The notes: generated from the letters alone by a model not told the origin. A stretch of 64,000 nt of DNA from a virus (IMGVR_UViG_3300044681_000369:1-64000); one strand, 5' to 3'. Positions 17,882 to 28,148 are shown, numbered from the stretch's first letter. Made by a program: numbers and translations.

Positions 17882-18928
17882 TTATTTTCCTCGTTGTCTT
17901 TTTAGTATTTGTTCAATACTGGTTTTGTAATCTATACGCCAAAGATCCGATGGCGTATACTTTCTATTCTTATAATCTATTCCGCTTAGTGTCTTATAGT
18001 CTTCTAAGCTAAATTCACTTCCTAAGCCATAAATACCCGGCAATTCATCAATAACTATTTTCTGCAATCTTTCATTCGATCTATGAGTTATAGTCTGATG
18101 TGTAAATCCAGTTCTGTTTTCATTTTCTGTTTCGTCCCAAAATAATGCCCTAGTTCGTTTTTCGTGATCAGTATATAGATGAAATAGTGGCATCTTCTGT
18201 ATATGCAGAATATTATATCCGTTAGTAATTAGTCTCAAAGCTAAAGACGGCTCTTCTCCAGAAAACATTAATTGTGGATCATACGGAACATCTTCAACTA
18301 TACTACCCAAACTAAACAAACCGCCGGCACTAAGAAGAAAGCCATGGACATATGGTTTAACTGTGTCTACCCAAAGACTTCTTCCTACGATAAAACCACT
18401 AGAAAGATCATGAAACGTTGGCTCTGATGGTGGTGGAGCCAAAATCACTGGCATATTATTTCGTTGATAATCAAAATGCTTCTTTATCGCTTTACCATCA
18501 GCATCAAATTCCAGAATACTAGGATAATTAGTTATAACTGGATTTTTATGATATTGCAAGAGTTTTAATATGTGATTTACAAGAAGTTCATCCCATCCGT
18601 AATCAAATGCAGTATGCGAATCTATCTGAAGATAGAAATCTTCTCCTGCATATAAAGACTGGACAACACTTCTAGCCCAACAACATCCTCTACTCTGCTC
18701 TGGATCAACTCTCACATAACGAATTTGCTCCTTAAACTTGAGTCTATCCAAGTCTAAGGAGCGTTCTTGTTTTTCTTGTTCGACTACGCCGAAAACCAAA
18801 CGATTTGGTTTTGCAGCCATCGTGTGCGCTTGCTTTAATGTGAACTCCAGCAACTCATCACGATAACTAGCAATACTTATAAAAATCTTTCCGCTAGCCT
18901 TCACACGCAACACAAGTATCACCTTCAA
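17882..18928 (-). CDS. GT60/Gnt1-like GlcNAc transferase (likely GTG start near 18904)
   Basis: IFISIASYRD, GCCWARS, LQIDSH, VPYDP, FSGEE. Confidence 0.8.
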   Translation of the reverse strand: MKVILVLRVKASGKIFISIASYRDELLEFTLKQAHTMAAKPNRLVFGVVEQEKQERSLDLDRLKFKEQIRYVRVDPEQSRGCCWARSVVQSLYAGEDFYLQIDSHTAFDYGWDELLVNHILKLLQYHKNPVITNYPSILEFDADGKAIKKHFDYQRNNMPVILAPPPSEPTFHDLSSGFIVGRSLWVDTVKPYVHGFLLSAGGLFSLGSIVEDVPYDPQLMFSGEEPSLALRLITNGYNILHIQKMPLFHLYTDHEKRTRALFWDETENENRTGFTHQTITHRSNERLQKIVIDELPGIYGLGSEFSLEDYKTLSGIDYKNRKYTPSDLWRIDYKTSIEQILKRQRGK

Positions 18929-20690
18929 TCATAGCTTTAAAGTCTATTTCTTTAATAGCTTCACGTTCAATCTTTTTCGATACTTTATCTGCTTTACCAA
19001 TCTTTTCTGAACGGCAATAATAAAGTGTCTTTAGTCCTTGTTTCCATGCAAGATAGTGAATAGCATGTAGATACTTGATGTTAGCATCTGGACGGAAGAA
19101 CACATTCAACGATTGTGCCTGATCAATAAACTTTTGCCGATCAGCCGCAAGATCAATTACCCATCGTTGATCGATTTCCATTGACGTTTTGAATACATCT
19201 CTAGTCCACTGATCCATCCAAGTCAGATGTTGAACAGAACCATCGTTTGCAATGATTGACGACCAAACATCGTCTGCCCAACCCTCTTTCTTATCCTTGG
19301 CTTCTTTTTGAATAATCTCATCAAGATACTTGTTCTTATTGAGGTGTGCTCCAGAAAGAGTATCTTGGCGATACGCATTAGCACGATACGGCTCAATAGA
19401 AGGAGAAGTATTTCCCATAATAATAGAGGAAGATGCATTGGGCGCAATTGCCTGCATATGTGAGAACCTGCGTCCGGTGCCTTTGGCATCGGGAGCTTCA
19501 CCGCGCTCTTTACCAAGTTCCATATTAGCATCATGCAGTTTCTTCTGAATCAACTTAAACATACGCATGTTTGTTCCCTTGGCCATTGCTGATTCCCAGG
19601 GAATATTTTTTCTCTGCAAGTATGCATGAAATCCTAGTGCGCCGATTCCAATGCTTCGCTCACGTTTTGCGGAATAAACAGCCCGTGAAACTTGCTTTGG
19701 TGCATTATCAATAAAATACTGGAGAACATTGTCTAGCATTTCTGCCATGTCCTTCAGGAACAATGGATCTTTCGACCATGCATCATAGTATTCCAAGTTG
19801 ACAGAGGACAGACAGCAAACAGCAGTTCTTTCTTTGTTTGTAGGAAGAATGATTTCAGAACAAAGATTTGACTGATGGATTTTCAAACCCAAGTCCTTCT
19901 GAAACTGCGGCATTTCACGATTTGACGTATCAATGAAGTGAATATAAGGTTCACCCGTCATCATACGCAATTCTAAAATCTTTTGCCACAGCTTTTTAGC
20001 AGATACTACTTCACGCAATTCACCACTATGCGGATCACGCAATTCCCAGTTGTCATCAGCATTCGGATCTTTCATGCATCGCTCAATAATCTGCATGAAG
20101 TCATCTGTAATATTAATGCCATGATGCAGGTTCAATGCCCGCATATTCGGATCGCCAGTTGGCTTGCGCATCTCTAGAAAAAGATTAACGTCAGGATGAC
20201 TGATATCTAGATATGCGGCATAAGAACCGCGCCTTGTACGACCCTGACGATAAGCCATACTAGAAGCATCGTAAGTGCGCAGGTGAGGCATAACGCCAGT
20301 AGACTTATCATCTGCCGCTCGAATGCCAAAGCCAATGCCAACACCGCCACCAAGCATAGACAGCCAGTTCGTTTCGGAAAGATTATCAACTAGACCTTCA
20401 GCGGTATCATCAATAAAATTCAAGAAACATGAAATAGGCATTCCTCGCTTGGAACGACCAAATGAGAGAATAGGCGTAGAATATGACAGCCAGTGCTTGC
20501 TAGAATAATCGTATAGCCGTTGAGCATGTTCCGCATTAGAAGCAAACATTCGACTAACGTATGCAAATCGATGTTGAGGTGAAGTTTCATCTTCCCTCAT
20601 GTAGCTTTCTTTTAATCTCTGAATGCCGAGTTTGTCGAACAATTGATCTCGACTAAGATCAATCTCAATACCTAGATGTGTCTCTTTCAT
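18894..20690 (-). CDS. nrdA: Ribonucleotide reductase class Ia alpha subunit (short, no evident ATP cone)
   Basis: ISCF, SNLCSE, APNASS, YY, C-terminal CVAC. Confidence 0.97.
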   Translation of the reverse strand: MKETHLGIEIDLSRDQLFDKLGIQRLKESYMREDETSPQHRFAYVSRMFASNAEHAQRLYDYSSKHWLSYSTPILSFGRSKRGMPISCFLNFIDDTAEGLVDNLSETNWLSMLGGGVGIGFGIRAADDKSTGVMPHLRTYDASSMAYRQGRTRRGSYAAYLDISHPDVNLFLEMRKPTGDPNMRALNLHHGINITDDFMQIIERCMKDPNADDNWELRDPHSGELREVVSAKKLWQKILELRMMTGEPYIHFIDTSNREMPQFQKDLGLKIHQSNLCSEIILPTNKERTAVCCLSSVNLEYYDAWSKDPLFLKDMAEMLDNVLQYFIDNAPKQVSRAVYSAKRERSIGIGALGFHAYLQRKNIPWESAMAKGTNMRMFKLIQKKLHDANMELGKERGEAPDAKGTGRRFSHMQAIAPNASSSIIMGNTSPSIEPYRANAYRQDTLSGAHLNKNKYLDEIIQKEAKDKKEGWADDVWSSIIANDGSVQHLTWMDQWTRDVFKTSMEIDQRWVIDLAADRQKFIDQAQSLNVFFRPDANIKYLHAIHYLAWKQGLKTLYYCRSEKIGKADKVSKKIEREAIKEIDFKAMIEGDTCVACEG

Positions 20691-21232
20691 CCTTCGTAAC
20701 CTTGGTCTTTAAGTACCTTATTAATATCTGGCTTAAAATATGTATCTGGCTTTAAAATCTTGCCATCTTCTCGTTTTAGAATTTTACCATTGTTGGAAAC
20801 TTTGCTCATGTTTGAAGATTTTACTTCTTTCCATACTTGATCAAAGTCAATTCCAAGTGTTGTAAACAGTCCCTGAACTACCCAGACTAGATCAGCACCG
20901 CCGTCTGCAATATCACCAATATGTCTGCGAATGAAGCCATCACAAAGTTCTTTAAACTCTTCATCGATCAGGTCAATATATAGCTTGGCCTGTGTTTCAT
21001 TGTTTTCATCCAGATGCGGAGTAGCGCCGATATATTGATCGGCAGCAGACATGAAAACTTCTACATCATCTTGATAGTTCATATTCTTTTTCCTTATTGT
21101 CCAAGTTCCATCATTGTTGTCGATCCACTCAACAACATCGCCAGGGTACATTCCAGCTTTTTCAAAAAGATCCGAGACGAGATAATATTCATCAGTTTCT
21201 TCATTATATTGTATTTTGGCAGTCTCAATCAT
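20687..21232 (-). CDS. AbrB-like N-domain plus MazG-like NTP pyrophosphohydrolase
   Basis: PGDVVEWIDNNDGTW; EEFKE...D..AD, SNMSK, REDGKILKP. Confidence 0.8.
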   Translation of the reverse strand: MIETAKIQYNEETDEYYLVSDLFEKAGMYPGDVVEWIDNNDGTWTIRKKNMNYQDDVEVFMSAADQYIGATPHLDENNETQAKLYIDLIDEEFKELCDGFIRRHIGDIADGGADLVWVVQGLFTTLGIDFDQVWKEVKSSNMSKVSNNGKILKREDGKILKPDTYFKPDINKVLKDQGYEG

Positions 21233-22080
21233 TTTTCATACTCCAATGCGCTGGTGCACAAATCTTCTAGGGTTGTGGTTTCAGCAAAAAACTTACTTCT
21301 TGTGGGAACAACAGAAATCGCAACTTCTCCAGGTCTTCGATCAGCATCAACACATTTAAAATCCCAGGAAACGGCTTTCATTGCAGTAACTACTTCTCTG
21401 ACCGTGTGTCCGTTTGGTGAACCAAAACATTCGATACTATTTGTGGAACCGTATTCCGCTAAAGCCACAGTAGCGTTGACGATATCTTTAACGTGTGTAT
21501 AATTTCGTATTGTTGTTCCGTCTCTAGTTTCCCAATCTGTTCCAAATATTTCTAATTGCTCAAATTTGCGATTTGCAACGGCAGCCGCTTTTCTGATTAG
21601 ATGCATATAACCGTCTTCAAACTTTCGCATTCCGTCATTTCCCGAAACATTGTAAAATCTTACAATCGAATATTTCGGCAAAATCGATACCAAGTCTTCT
21701 CCGGCTCTTTTGCTAGTTGCATACGGACTAGATCCTGGATTAAATGCACTACCAGTGCTACAGTAAATGAAATGCTCACAGGGTGCCGCATTTATGACGT
21801 TTTGTGTACCAATAACATTTGTGTGGTAGTATAGGTAAGGGTTAGTCATGGATAATGACACCATCGTCTTGGCAGCCAAGTGTACTACAGTGTCAAACTC
21901 TCCGATAAAATTGGTATTGTTTATGTCCCAGGGCAAAACATCTCCACCCATGACATATTTGCTTATATCATTTTGGTTTAGATTATAGTCTGTAGCATAC
22001 ACCAAATGTCCCCATTCTGCAAGAGATTTTACAAGATGAGAACCAATATATCCGGTGGCTCCAGTAACCAATATCTTCAT
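21229..22080 (-). CDS. galE: UDP-glucose 4-epimerase-like NAD-dependent epimerase
   Basis: TGATGYIG, YATSK, RFYNV, DGTTIRNYTHV. Confidence 0.85.
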   Translation of the reverse strand: MKILVTGATGYIGSHLVKSLAEWGHLVYATDYNLNQNDISKYVMGGDVLPWDINNTNFIGEFDTVVHLAAKTMVSLSMTNPYLYYHTNVIGTQNVINAAPCEHFIYCSTGSAFNPGSSPYATSKRAGEDLVSILPKYSIVRFYNVSGNDGMRKFEDGYMHLIRKAAAVANRKFEQLEIFGTDWETRDGTTIRNYTHVKDIVNATVALAEYGSTNSIECFGSPNGHTVREVVTAMKAVSWDFKCVDADRRPGEVAISVVPTRSKFFAETTTLEDLCTSALEYEK

Positions 22081-22162
22081 TTAACTTCCCGACTTTTCCA
22101 GTCAATTTTTTGGCGAGAAAAAAATCGCACTATCCTGTTTTCCGAGGTACCAGGTATTTTGG

Positions 22163-22867
22163 TCAAGGTAGTTTTCTTTCGAACTCTGCCCACTCTGCCA
22201 TTTCATCAAGTGCCTTGATTACATCTGGGAAATGCTGACCAATGATCGACCAACATTGCTCCGCTACAATACGATGTTCCTTCTGTGTTGCCTTGTCCAT
22301 ACGAAGCTGGCAGTAGTGAACCCACGAACGAAGCGAACCGCTCATGATCATGACAGACTCGGTGTTACCCTCGGGTAAAACAGCACGGGCTTGTTCCTTG
22401 GCAATACCACGTTCGATTGCCCAGTTGTATGCCATCTTTGATGCATTGATGGCTTGCGTCTGCATTACATTCCATTCTTCTGCGAGACGATTTTCATCAG
22501 GCGTTAGTTCTATTGAATTCTGTCGATTCTTCTTGTCTTGCAGACGAGCTTCTCTGGTTACGAACCCGAGGTCCTTAGTTGGATCGGCGTAACGCTGAGA
22601 GTATTCCTGAAACGAAAAGGAGCGATGGCGCAGAATTTGCCGAGCGATATCGCGGGTGGTTTTAATTTCCATAGAAACATGGACAATTTCCAAAGGTGAC
22701 CAATGCTGGTTCTGAATAAGATAACGAACCAACTTGGGTGCTGTTGCTGTGTTGTTTTGATTTGAAGGATTAGAAACTCTTGCTGCCCATGCCACCAGTT
22801 CATTTGCAGTGGTACATTCTGTGTATGCAGATGGTTTTGTAATGCCAATTAGATTTACTTCACTCAT
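22163..22867 (-). CDS. thyX: FAD-dependent thymidylate synthase
   Basis: RHRSFSFQEYSQRY, EQAR, TQKEHR. Confidence 0.97.
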   Translation of the reverse strand: MSEVNLIGITKPSAYTECTTANELVAWAARVSNPSNQNNTATAPKLVRYLIQNQHWSPLEIVHVSMEIKTTRDIARQILRHRSFSFQEYSQRYADPTKDLGFVTREARLQDKKNRQNSIELTPDENRLAEEWNVMQTQAINASKMAYNWAIERGIAKEQARAVLPEGNTESVMIMSGSLRSWVHYCQLRMDKATQKEHRIVAEQCWSIIGQHFPDVIKALDEMAEWAEFERKLP

Positions 22868-23058
22868 TCTGCGATAACTCCCAGTGTCCAATTTTCAGCT
22901 ACATCTTCCGCATAATGGAGAGAATGAGGATATACCTCAACATCTCTTACCCATTTTCCATGCTCATATAATGCAACGAAATAACCCTCGTTGTTTTTAA
23001 GTACCTGAGCCTGACGGTAGGAAAAATCATCTACGCCATACATTTCAGTAATTACCAT
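22864..23058 (-). CDS. Hypothetical protein
   Basis: TAATG/ATGA coupling; HSLHYAEDVAENW. Confidence 0.7.
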   Translation of the reverse strand: MVITEMYGVDDFSYRQAQVLKNNEGYFVALYEHGKWVRDVEVYPHSLHYAEDVAENWTLGVIAE

Positions 23059-24104
23059 TACACTTTTCTCCACATAGTAAATCGGGCAGTTGCCGACAGT
23101 CCACAAAACGTATTATGATTTATAATACTTTTGATCTCATCCGTAGACATTCCAGATAAAATTAATTCGTTTATATCTTTACCCGGAAGAGAGTCTGGCC
23201 AAATAACAACTCTATAATTCTGTTTAATATAATCACCAATTAACTTAACAACTTCTTTGTTTTTTGGCTGATTATCGAATATGATCGTCACTTTGTCTTT
23301 TGGAATTGGAAGACTTGATATTTTATTAAAAGATGTTCCAGCGCAAGCAATACAATTATCTAGAAATAAGGAATCAAGAGGTCCTTCCACAACAAATATG
23401 TCTTTTTCAATATCAATTTTGTCTAGACCAAATACAGTTGGCGCATCCTCATCTACTTTAACTAGAATGTACCTAAGAGACTCGCCACGCATAGCACGAA
23501 GAGAGACAGCAGTAAGTTTGCCGCTCCGATCAAAAAAAGGAATAGCGAGGCGCGGCTCACTAGTAAGTATGGAGTTCCTATACTTCTCATTAAGACCGAC
23601 AATGTGCTTGATATTATCAATGAAATAGAGGCGATCAAATGAAGTGATTGGTAGTCGTCTACTAGTTGCATATTGTACGGCTTCGTTCTCTGTTGGTAAA
23701 CTGTCAAGACGATCCATTATCGAATCGATCAATCTGGCAGGCTTATTAACTTTGGGCGTAAAGTCAAACTGGTCTTTGACGTTATCCATGGACTTAGTTT
23801 CTGGTTTATAGAATGCTCCGGCTTTATTTCCATGAGCATACTTCTCAACAACAAACTGACCATATTGATTGGTATCAAATTGTTTAAGAAAATTGCCAAA
23901 ACTCATTGACACGCCGCAATTATGGCATTTATACTGTAGATCGGCTTTACCCAAAAAGAAGTAACCCCTCGCTTTATTCTTTTTGCGAGAGGAATCGCCG
24001 CAGATGGGACACCTGCAGTTCCAAAGGTCGTTTGATTTTTTCTTGAAATTCTCTAGGCGATAGGATATCGCATGAAGGAATTTAATATCAATATACATGC
24101 TCAT
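23058..24104 (-). CDS. gp61: DNA primase
   Basis: RCPICGDS...CHNC Zn finger, EGPLDS, DNQP, KDIN. Confidence 0.96.
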   Translation of the reverse strand: MSMYIDIKFLHAISYRLENFKKKSNDLWNCRCPICGDSSRKKNKARGYFFLGKADLQYKCHNCGVSMSFGNFLKQFDTNQYGQFVVEKYAHGNKAGAFYKPETKSMDNVKDQFDFTPKVNKPARLIDSIMDRLDSLPTENEAVQYATSRRLPITSFDRLYFIDNIKHIVGLNEKYRNSILTSEPRLAIPFFDRSGKLTAVSLRAMRGESLRYILVKVDEDAPTVFGLDKIDIEKDIFVVEGPLDSLFLDNCIACAGTSFNKISSLPIPKDKVTIIFDNQPKNKEVVKLIGDYIKQNYRVVIWPDSLPGKDINELILSGMSTDEIKSIINHNTFCGLSATARFTMWRKV

Positions 24105-24110
24105 GGGACT

Positions 24111-24139
24111 ATATTACATCCAATGAGCCATGAAGTCAA
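24111..24139 (-). promoter_or_regulatory. Sigma70-type promoter of primase
   Basis: TTGACT-N17-TAATAT, ATG 6 nt downstream. Confidence 0.7.
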
Positions 24140-24146
24140 TAGATTT

Positions 24147-24614
24147 TTAGAACATATTCATGACTAAAGGAAGAATTTTGGAAATGATAAAACCTACGGC
24201 CGTACCAATACCAATCATAATATACTTGGACTTTTCAAGTTGAGCAATCCTTTCCGCGGTACGCTCTTCTTCTTTTTCCACAGCCTTCTTTAGATCAGCA
24301 ACAGCGGCAAGAACCTTCATTTCAGATTGTACAATTTTGTTCTCAAGTTCTCTGGTTGTGGTCGTAATGCGAGAGTGTAGTTCGGCATTACTTTCTTTAG
24401 TTTCTTGTCTATGCACTTCCAAAGCCCTGTAGATGTCTTCGTTTACTCTATCTTGATGGTCCAACTTCTCGTTATGCACAGCCAAAACTTTATTGATCCC
24501 ATCACAAAGATCGCCAATTTTTGTTATGGCTAAATCAAGACGGTCAAAAACTTTTTCAATCTGCTTGATATTGTTTTCAAGAACCGCGATCTTTGTCATG
24601 GGAGTATCAGACAT
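24147..24614 (-). CDS. Coiled-coil protein with C-terminal TM (holin/XhlA-like candidate)
   Basis: Heptad pattern, hydrophobic C-terminus, downstream of endolysin. Confidence 0.55.
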   Translation of the reverse strand: MSDTPMTKIAVLENNIKQIEKVFDRLDLAITKIGDLCDGINKVLAVHNEKLDHQDRVNEDIYRALEVHRQETKESNAELHSRITTTTRELENKIVQSEMKVLAAVADLKKAVEKEEERTAERIAQLEKSKYIMIGIGTAVGFIISKILPLVMNMF

Positions 24615-24628
24615 GGTATAAACTCAGC

Positions 24629-24943
24629 TTACTTTTTTGTTTTTTTAGGACCGGTGCGCTTTTTACCTTTAGCGGCTGCAACAACATCTTTAGACTGAGT
24701 TACAACTTCTTTTGCCGCATCAACAACGTCTTTTACTTCAACGGCAACAGCTTTTGCCCTAACTTTGGTTTCTGCTACTACTTCTTTTGTTCCTGAAACA
24801 GCTTTGTCAAGAGCAAGTTTTGCGTCTTGCAAATCAACATCACCATCTTGATCAACGTCAGCTCCAGTCTTACGATTGAAGAAAACAATCAAGCCAGCAA
24901 CAGCAACAACAGCCAAAAGAATGAGCCAAGATAATGTAGACAT
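24629..24943 (-). CDS. Membrane-anchored protein with DxDxDG motif
   Basis: N-terminal TM, DVDQDGDVD, basic tail. Confidence 0.65.
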   Translation of the reverse strand: MSTLSWLILLAVVAVAGLIVFFNRKTGADVDQDGDVDLQDAKLALDKAVSGTKEVVAETKVRAKAVAVEVKDVVDAAKEVVTQSKDVVAAAKGKKRTGPKKTKK

Positions 24944-24980
24944 AGTAATCTCCTATAAATTAATATTGCGTCTCTATTTA

Positions 24981-25598
24981 TTATTTCAAATAACTGTAGT
25001 ATTTTTTGGTCTTTTCAGTTCTGTCTTCCAGACCATGATAACCACCATTAATGCGCTTAGTCAACTCTTTAATTGCTTCATCGTTGACTCCTTTATCACA
25101 AATTTTCCAAAGACCGTTTTTCTCAAAGAAAAACATTGCAGATTCAAATGAATAGTCTTCTGCAACTAAATCTGGATCAGTCATGATTTCAGGCTTTTTC
25201 AGATAATCAGAAAATGCTTTATAATTATCTTTTCCGGTAAGTTGTAAAGCTCCGCGACCGCGATACTTCCAACCATCACCACTAGAAATGTCACCGTTGC
25301 CCATGCGAGAAGCATATACAACGTTTGCAATCATTTCTGGTTTTCTTGCGTATTTATTGGCGTCTCTACCAGCATTTTTAAAATATTTTGGAAAAATTTT
25401 ATTCAAACCGTCCGCTGAATAATTAAGATTTTCCGAGAATGCTTTAAAACCACCCGATTCGTGGGCAGTCTGAGCGAAAAAATGTGCCGCTCTAGCATCA
25501 GACAATTTATAGTAGGCTTGTGCCGCCTTTAGTGTGCCGGGACCAAAAATACCGTCCGCAACCGCACCAATCTTTTTCTGCAAACTCTTTAAGGACAC
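24981..25598 (-). CDS. Endolysin, PG-binding plus GH19 domain
   Basis: DGIFGPGT; HESGGF, ENLNYS, YRGRGALQLTG, INGG. Confidence 0.92.
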   Translation of the reverse strand: MSLKSLQKKIGAVADGIFGPGTLKAAQAYYKLSDARAAHFFAQTAHESGGFKAFSENLNYSADGLNKIFPKYFKNAGRDANKYARKPEMIANVVYASRMGNGDISSGDGWKYRGRGALQLTGKDNYKAFSDYLKKPEIMTDPDLVAEDYSFESAMFFFEKNGLWKICDKGVNDEAIKELTKRINGGYHGLEDRTEKTKKYYSYLK

Positions 25599-25609
25599 AA
25601 CTAAATTCC

Positions 25610-26095
25610 TTACTTTGTGTTTCTTCTAACTACACCATTTGAGTTGCGCCATTTTTTCTGCATCTTCTTAGATACACCTGGCTCGGCTTGACCTTCTTTA
25701 TTTGGATTTTCAATACCGATGCCAGCAATGGCACCACCCGCTACACCCATTTCTTCCTTCTGCATCTCTCTGCTTGTGCTAGAATAGGTGTTTAGCTCAT
25801 AAGGGTGTGAGCCACCCTTGTTATAAACCTGCATGTGGATCATGTGCTTCTTGCCAGTCTTTTCGTGTGTGGCTGGAAGATTTACCGATGTGGTCTTACC
25901 TTCACTTGGCTTTTTAGACATGACTCCGATATGATGCATACGATCATCATCAGAAGCCTTTAGACCACCCTTTGAGTGATGGTCAAGGGCATGATTTACT
26001 GCATCTGTGTAAGACTTGTGATAGAGTTTATAGTCGGAACCTCGTGTTTCCACTACATTAAAGTCTTCTTCCAAGTATTCTTTAAAGTCTTTCAT
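25610..26095 (-). CDS. Hypothetical protein, probable head-internal protein
   Basis: N-terminus MKDFKEYLEE resembles T4 capsid-targeting sequence. Confidence 0.6.
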   Translation of the reverse strand: MKDFKEYLEEDFNVVETRGSDYKLYHKSYTDAVNHALDHHSKGGLKASDDDRMHHIGVMSKKPSEGKTTSVNLPATHEKTGKKHMIHMQVYNKGGSHPYELNTYSSTSREMQKEEMGVAGGAIAGIGIENPNKEGQAEPGVSKKMQKKWRNSNGVVRRNTK

Positions 26096-26454
26096 TAGAT
26101 TCCTCTTAATAACTTTGCTATCTTTAAATCTACTGTAACATCGGGCAGATCATCTGGTGTCATTCTATTTAAAAATATTAGAAAAGTTTTTAAATAGCTC
26201 CAGTAATTTTGCTCATTTAACTTAAATAGCAACATTAAGGTTGCCGCATCACCAAAAACGTTATATAAAACGATTATGTGATTTAATATAAGTCTTTCGC
26301 TCATATTACCTGTTGCGGCATAACGGCGAAATAGTCTTTTTATATATTTAAATCTTTTTAAATCTTCTTCTAAATCTGACATCCCGATACAACCGGGATT
26401 GTCATAATTTTTTATAGCGAAGATCAAAAAGTTATCATAATTTAATTCGAACAT
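26095..26454 (-). CDS. Conserved T4-like hypothetical protein
   Basis: YDNP.C...DLKRFKYIKRL...RLILNH. Confidence 0.8.
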   Translation of the reverse strand: MFELNYDNFLIFAIKNYDNPGCIGMSDLEEDLKRFKYIKRLFRRYAATGNMSERLILNHIIVLYNVFGDAATLMLLFKLNEQNYWSYLKTFLIFLNRMTPDDLPDVTVDLKIAKLLRGI

Positions 26455-26909
26455 TATTCAACTACTGTTGCTGTACCACCGACAAAATACCATTTGTTAC
26501 CAACAAACAATAGTTGAGCAGTTGCTCCAGTCATATCAAATTGAATTGCAGTGTGTCCAATATCGCCGGTCAAAACTATAGCATGACCGGCAGTATTCGA
26601 AGACATCACAATAAACTTTGTTTGTCCTTCCGTTCCTGCGCCAATAGTCAATGAATATGATCCATCTGGCTCGGAAATAACCGTAATAGTTTTTGTGGTA
26701 TCAACGCTTCCGCCATTAGAGACAGTCTGTTTTGATCCGCCAAACATTACCAAATTTTCAAAAGTTACTGGCGCAGGAATACCACCAAACAAATTGGCGA
26801 TAGTTACTTTATGATCATATGGGCTTGTAGCTGGCTTGACAACGTACATGACATCCGTAGATGCCAAGGACGATGCCGAAATCATGCTTGTCACTTTACT
26901 ATCTGCCAT
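26454..26909 (-). CDS. Putative virion decoration/structural protein
   Basis: MADSKVT start, beta-rich. Confidence 0.6.
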   Translation of the reverse strand: MADSKVTSMISASSLASTDVMYVVKPATSPYDHKVTIANLFGGIPAPVTFENLVMFGGSKQTVSNGGSVDTTKTITVISEPDGSYSLTIGAGTEGQTKFIVMSSNTAGHAIVLTGDIGHTAIQFDMTGATAQLLFVGNKWYFVGGTATVVE

Positions 26910-26928
26910 GAGATATTATCCTCGGTTA

Positions 26929-27174
26929 TTAGGCGTCAGGAACATCGTCGTCATCATCATTGCCGCCTTCAGCTTCATACTCTGCGTCTGTAAATGGATC
27001 TGCCATTGCAACAAGAGTTTCCCACTTAACTCTAGAGCCAACTGTTTGCTTGCGCACCCAGCCTGGCTGAGCAATGCCTGGGTTAGCGGCAACTTCTGCT
27101 TCATCAACCATGAAGATTTCTTCAGCAGGGATACCAGTGATTACTGGCTTAACTGTTTTTGACCATGCGGACAT
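26929..27174 (-). CDS. Small putative virion protein
   Basis: MSAW...PGWV...RVKWETLVAM. Confidence 0.7.
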   Translation of the reverse strand: MSAWSKTVKPVITGIPAEEIFMVDEAEVAANPGIAQPGWVRKQTVGSRVKWETLVAMADPFTDAEYEAEGGNDDDDDVPDA

Positions 27175-28148
27175 TACTTGTCTCCTTTTTTATAGTTTTT
27201 ATCTACGAAATTGAAAAATTCTTTTCGCTTCTCTTCGTCAAGTTCAGATGGCGACTTAACACCAAACTGGGTTAATGCTAAATCAAAAGTTTGCTTGTAG
27301 GATTCATTGAGTTTTTTAACAGCCTCAATAGAAGCCATAGCCTCTTCTTTTCTTGTACTCATAACTTTACCATAACTTGATTTCATTGAAGCGCCGCCGT
27401 CACCCCAGCCTTTGGTCAATTTGATTCTATTAGAAACGGCTGGAGAAGGGTTAACTTCTTTTTTCTTACGATTTACTAAGTCTCTAACATTAGTATGATA
27501 TTTATCTATGCTAGAAGTAGTTGGCGTTTTTGTTGGCAGAACTGGACTATATCTTGCCTCATTAGCCATTGCTTTCTTGATCGCTTTATCTCTTGAACCC
27601 ATGTACTCATCTTTACCAGATTCGATCTTGCCGTCGCCGTCATGGTCCTTCTTAGCAAGTTTCTCTTCTGTGGCAACATGTTTAATATCGTTTCTATAAA
27701 CATCAATGCCAGATGTGCCCTTCTTTGATTTCCACTTTTCGGCAGCCTTTTTGGCGGCATCGTAGGAAGAAGTTCCCTTAACTACGGTTTTACCATGCTT
27801 GGCATGAACAGCAGTATATTCATATTCTTCCTCATCCAGTGCCTCAACGCCCTCTAGAATGGTTTCTAGTGCGCTAAGATCAAGTTCTTCTGCCGCAAGC
27901 AACTTGGCTCTCTGGAAAATAGTTTCATTTCCTAGAACAATGTAAAGCATAGAATTAATAAACGTGGTTAGTACATCACGCTCTGCACCCTGGAGAACAA
28001 TGCCTGTGCGCAAACGCAACAAGGCTCTCTTTAGAATAGGCAATGTGTTATACGGCATCAGCCCTTGACGAACAAGGATTTCAAGACGCTGGCTCAAATC
28101 GCCAACATCTTCTGCGCATAACTCTCTAACTGTTTTTTCTAGGCTCAT
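27174..28148 (-). CDS. Charged modular protein, probable prohead core/internal protein
   Basis: E/K-rich modules, DHDGDGKIES. Confidence 0.65.
   Translation of the reverse strand: MSLEKTVRELCAEDVGDLSQRLEILVRQGLMPYNTLPILKRALLRLRTGIVLQGAERDVLTTFINSMLYIVLGNETIFQRAKLLAAEELDLSALETILEGVEALDEEEYEYTAVHAKHGKTVVKGTSSYDAAKKAAEKWKSKKGTSGIDVYRNDIKHVATEEKLAKKDHDGDGKIESGKDEYMGSRDKAIKKAMANEARYSPVLPTKTPTTSSIDKYHTNVRDLVNRKKKEVNPSPAVSNRIKLTKGWGDGGASMKSSYGKVMSTRKEEAMASIEAVKKLNESYKQTFDLALTQFGVKSPSELDEEKRKEFFNFVDKNYKKGDK

Noticed and set aside
26916-27107. Alternative-frame 63-aa ORF
   Set aside because: The overlapping 26929-27174 frame is coupled to the upstream gene and looks like a conserved protein
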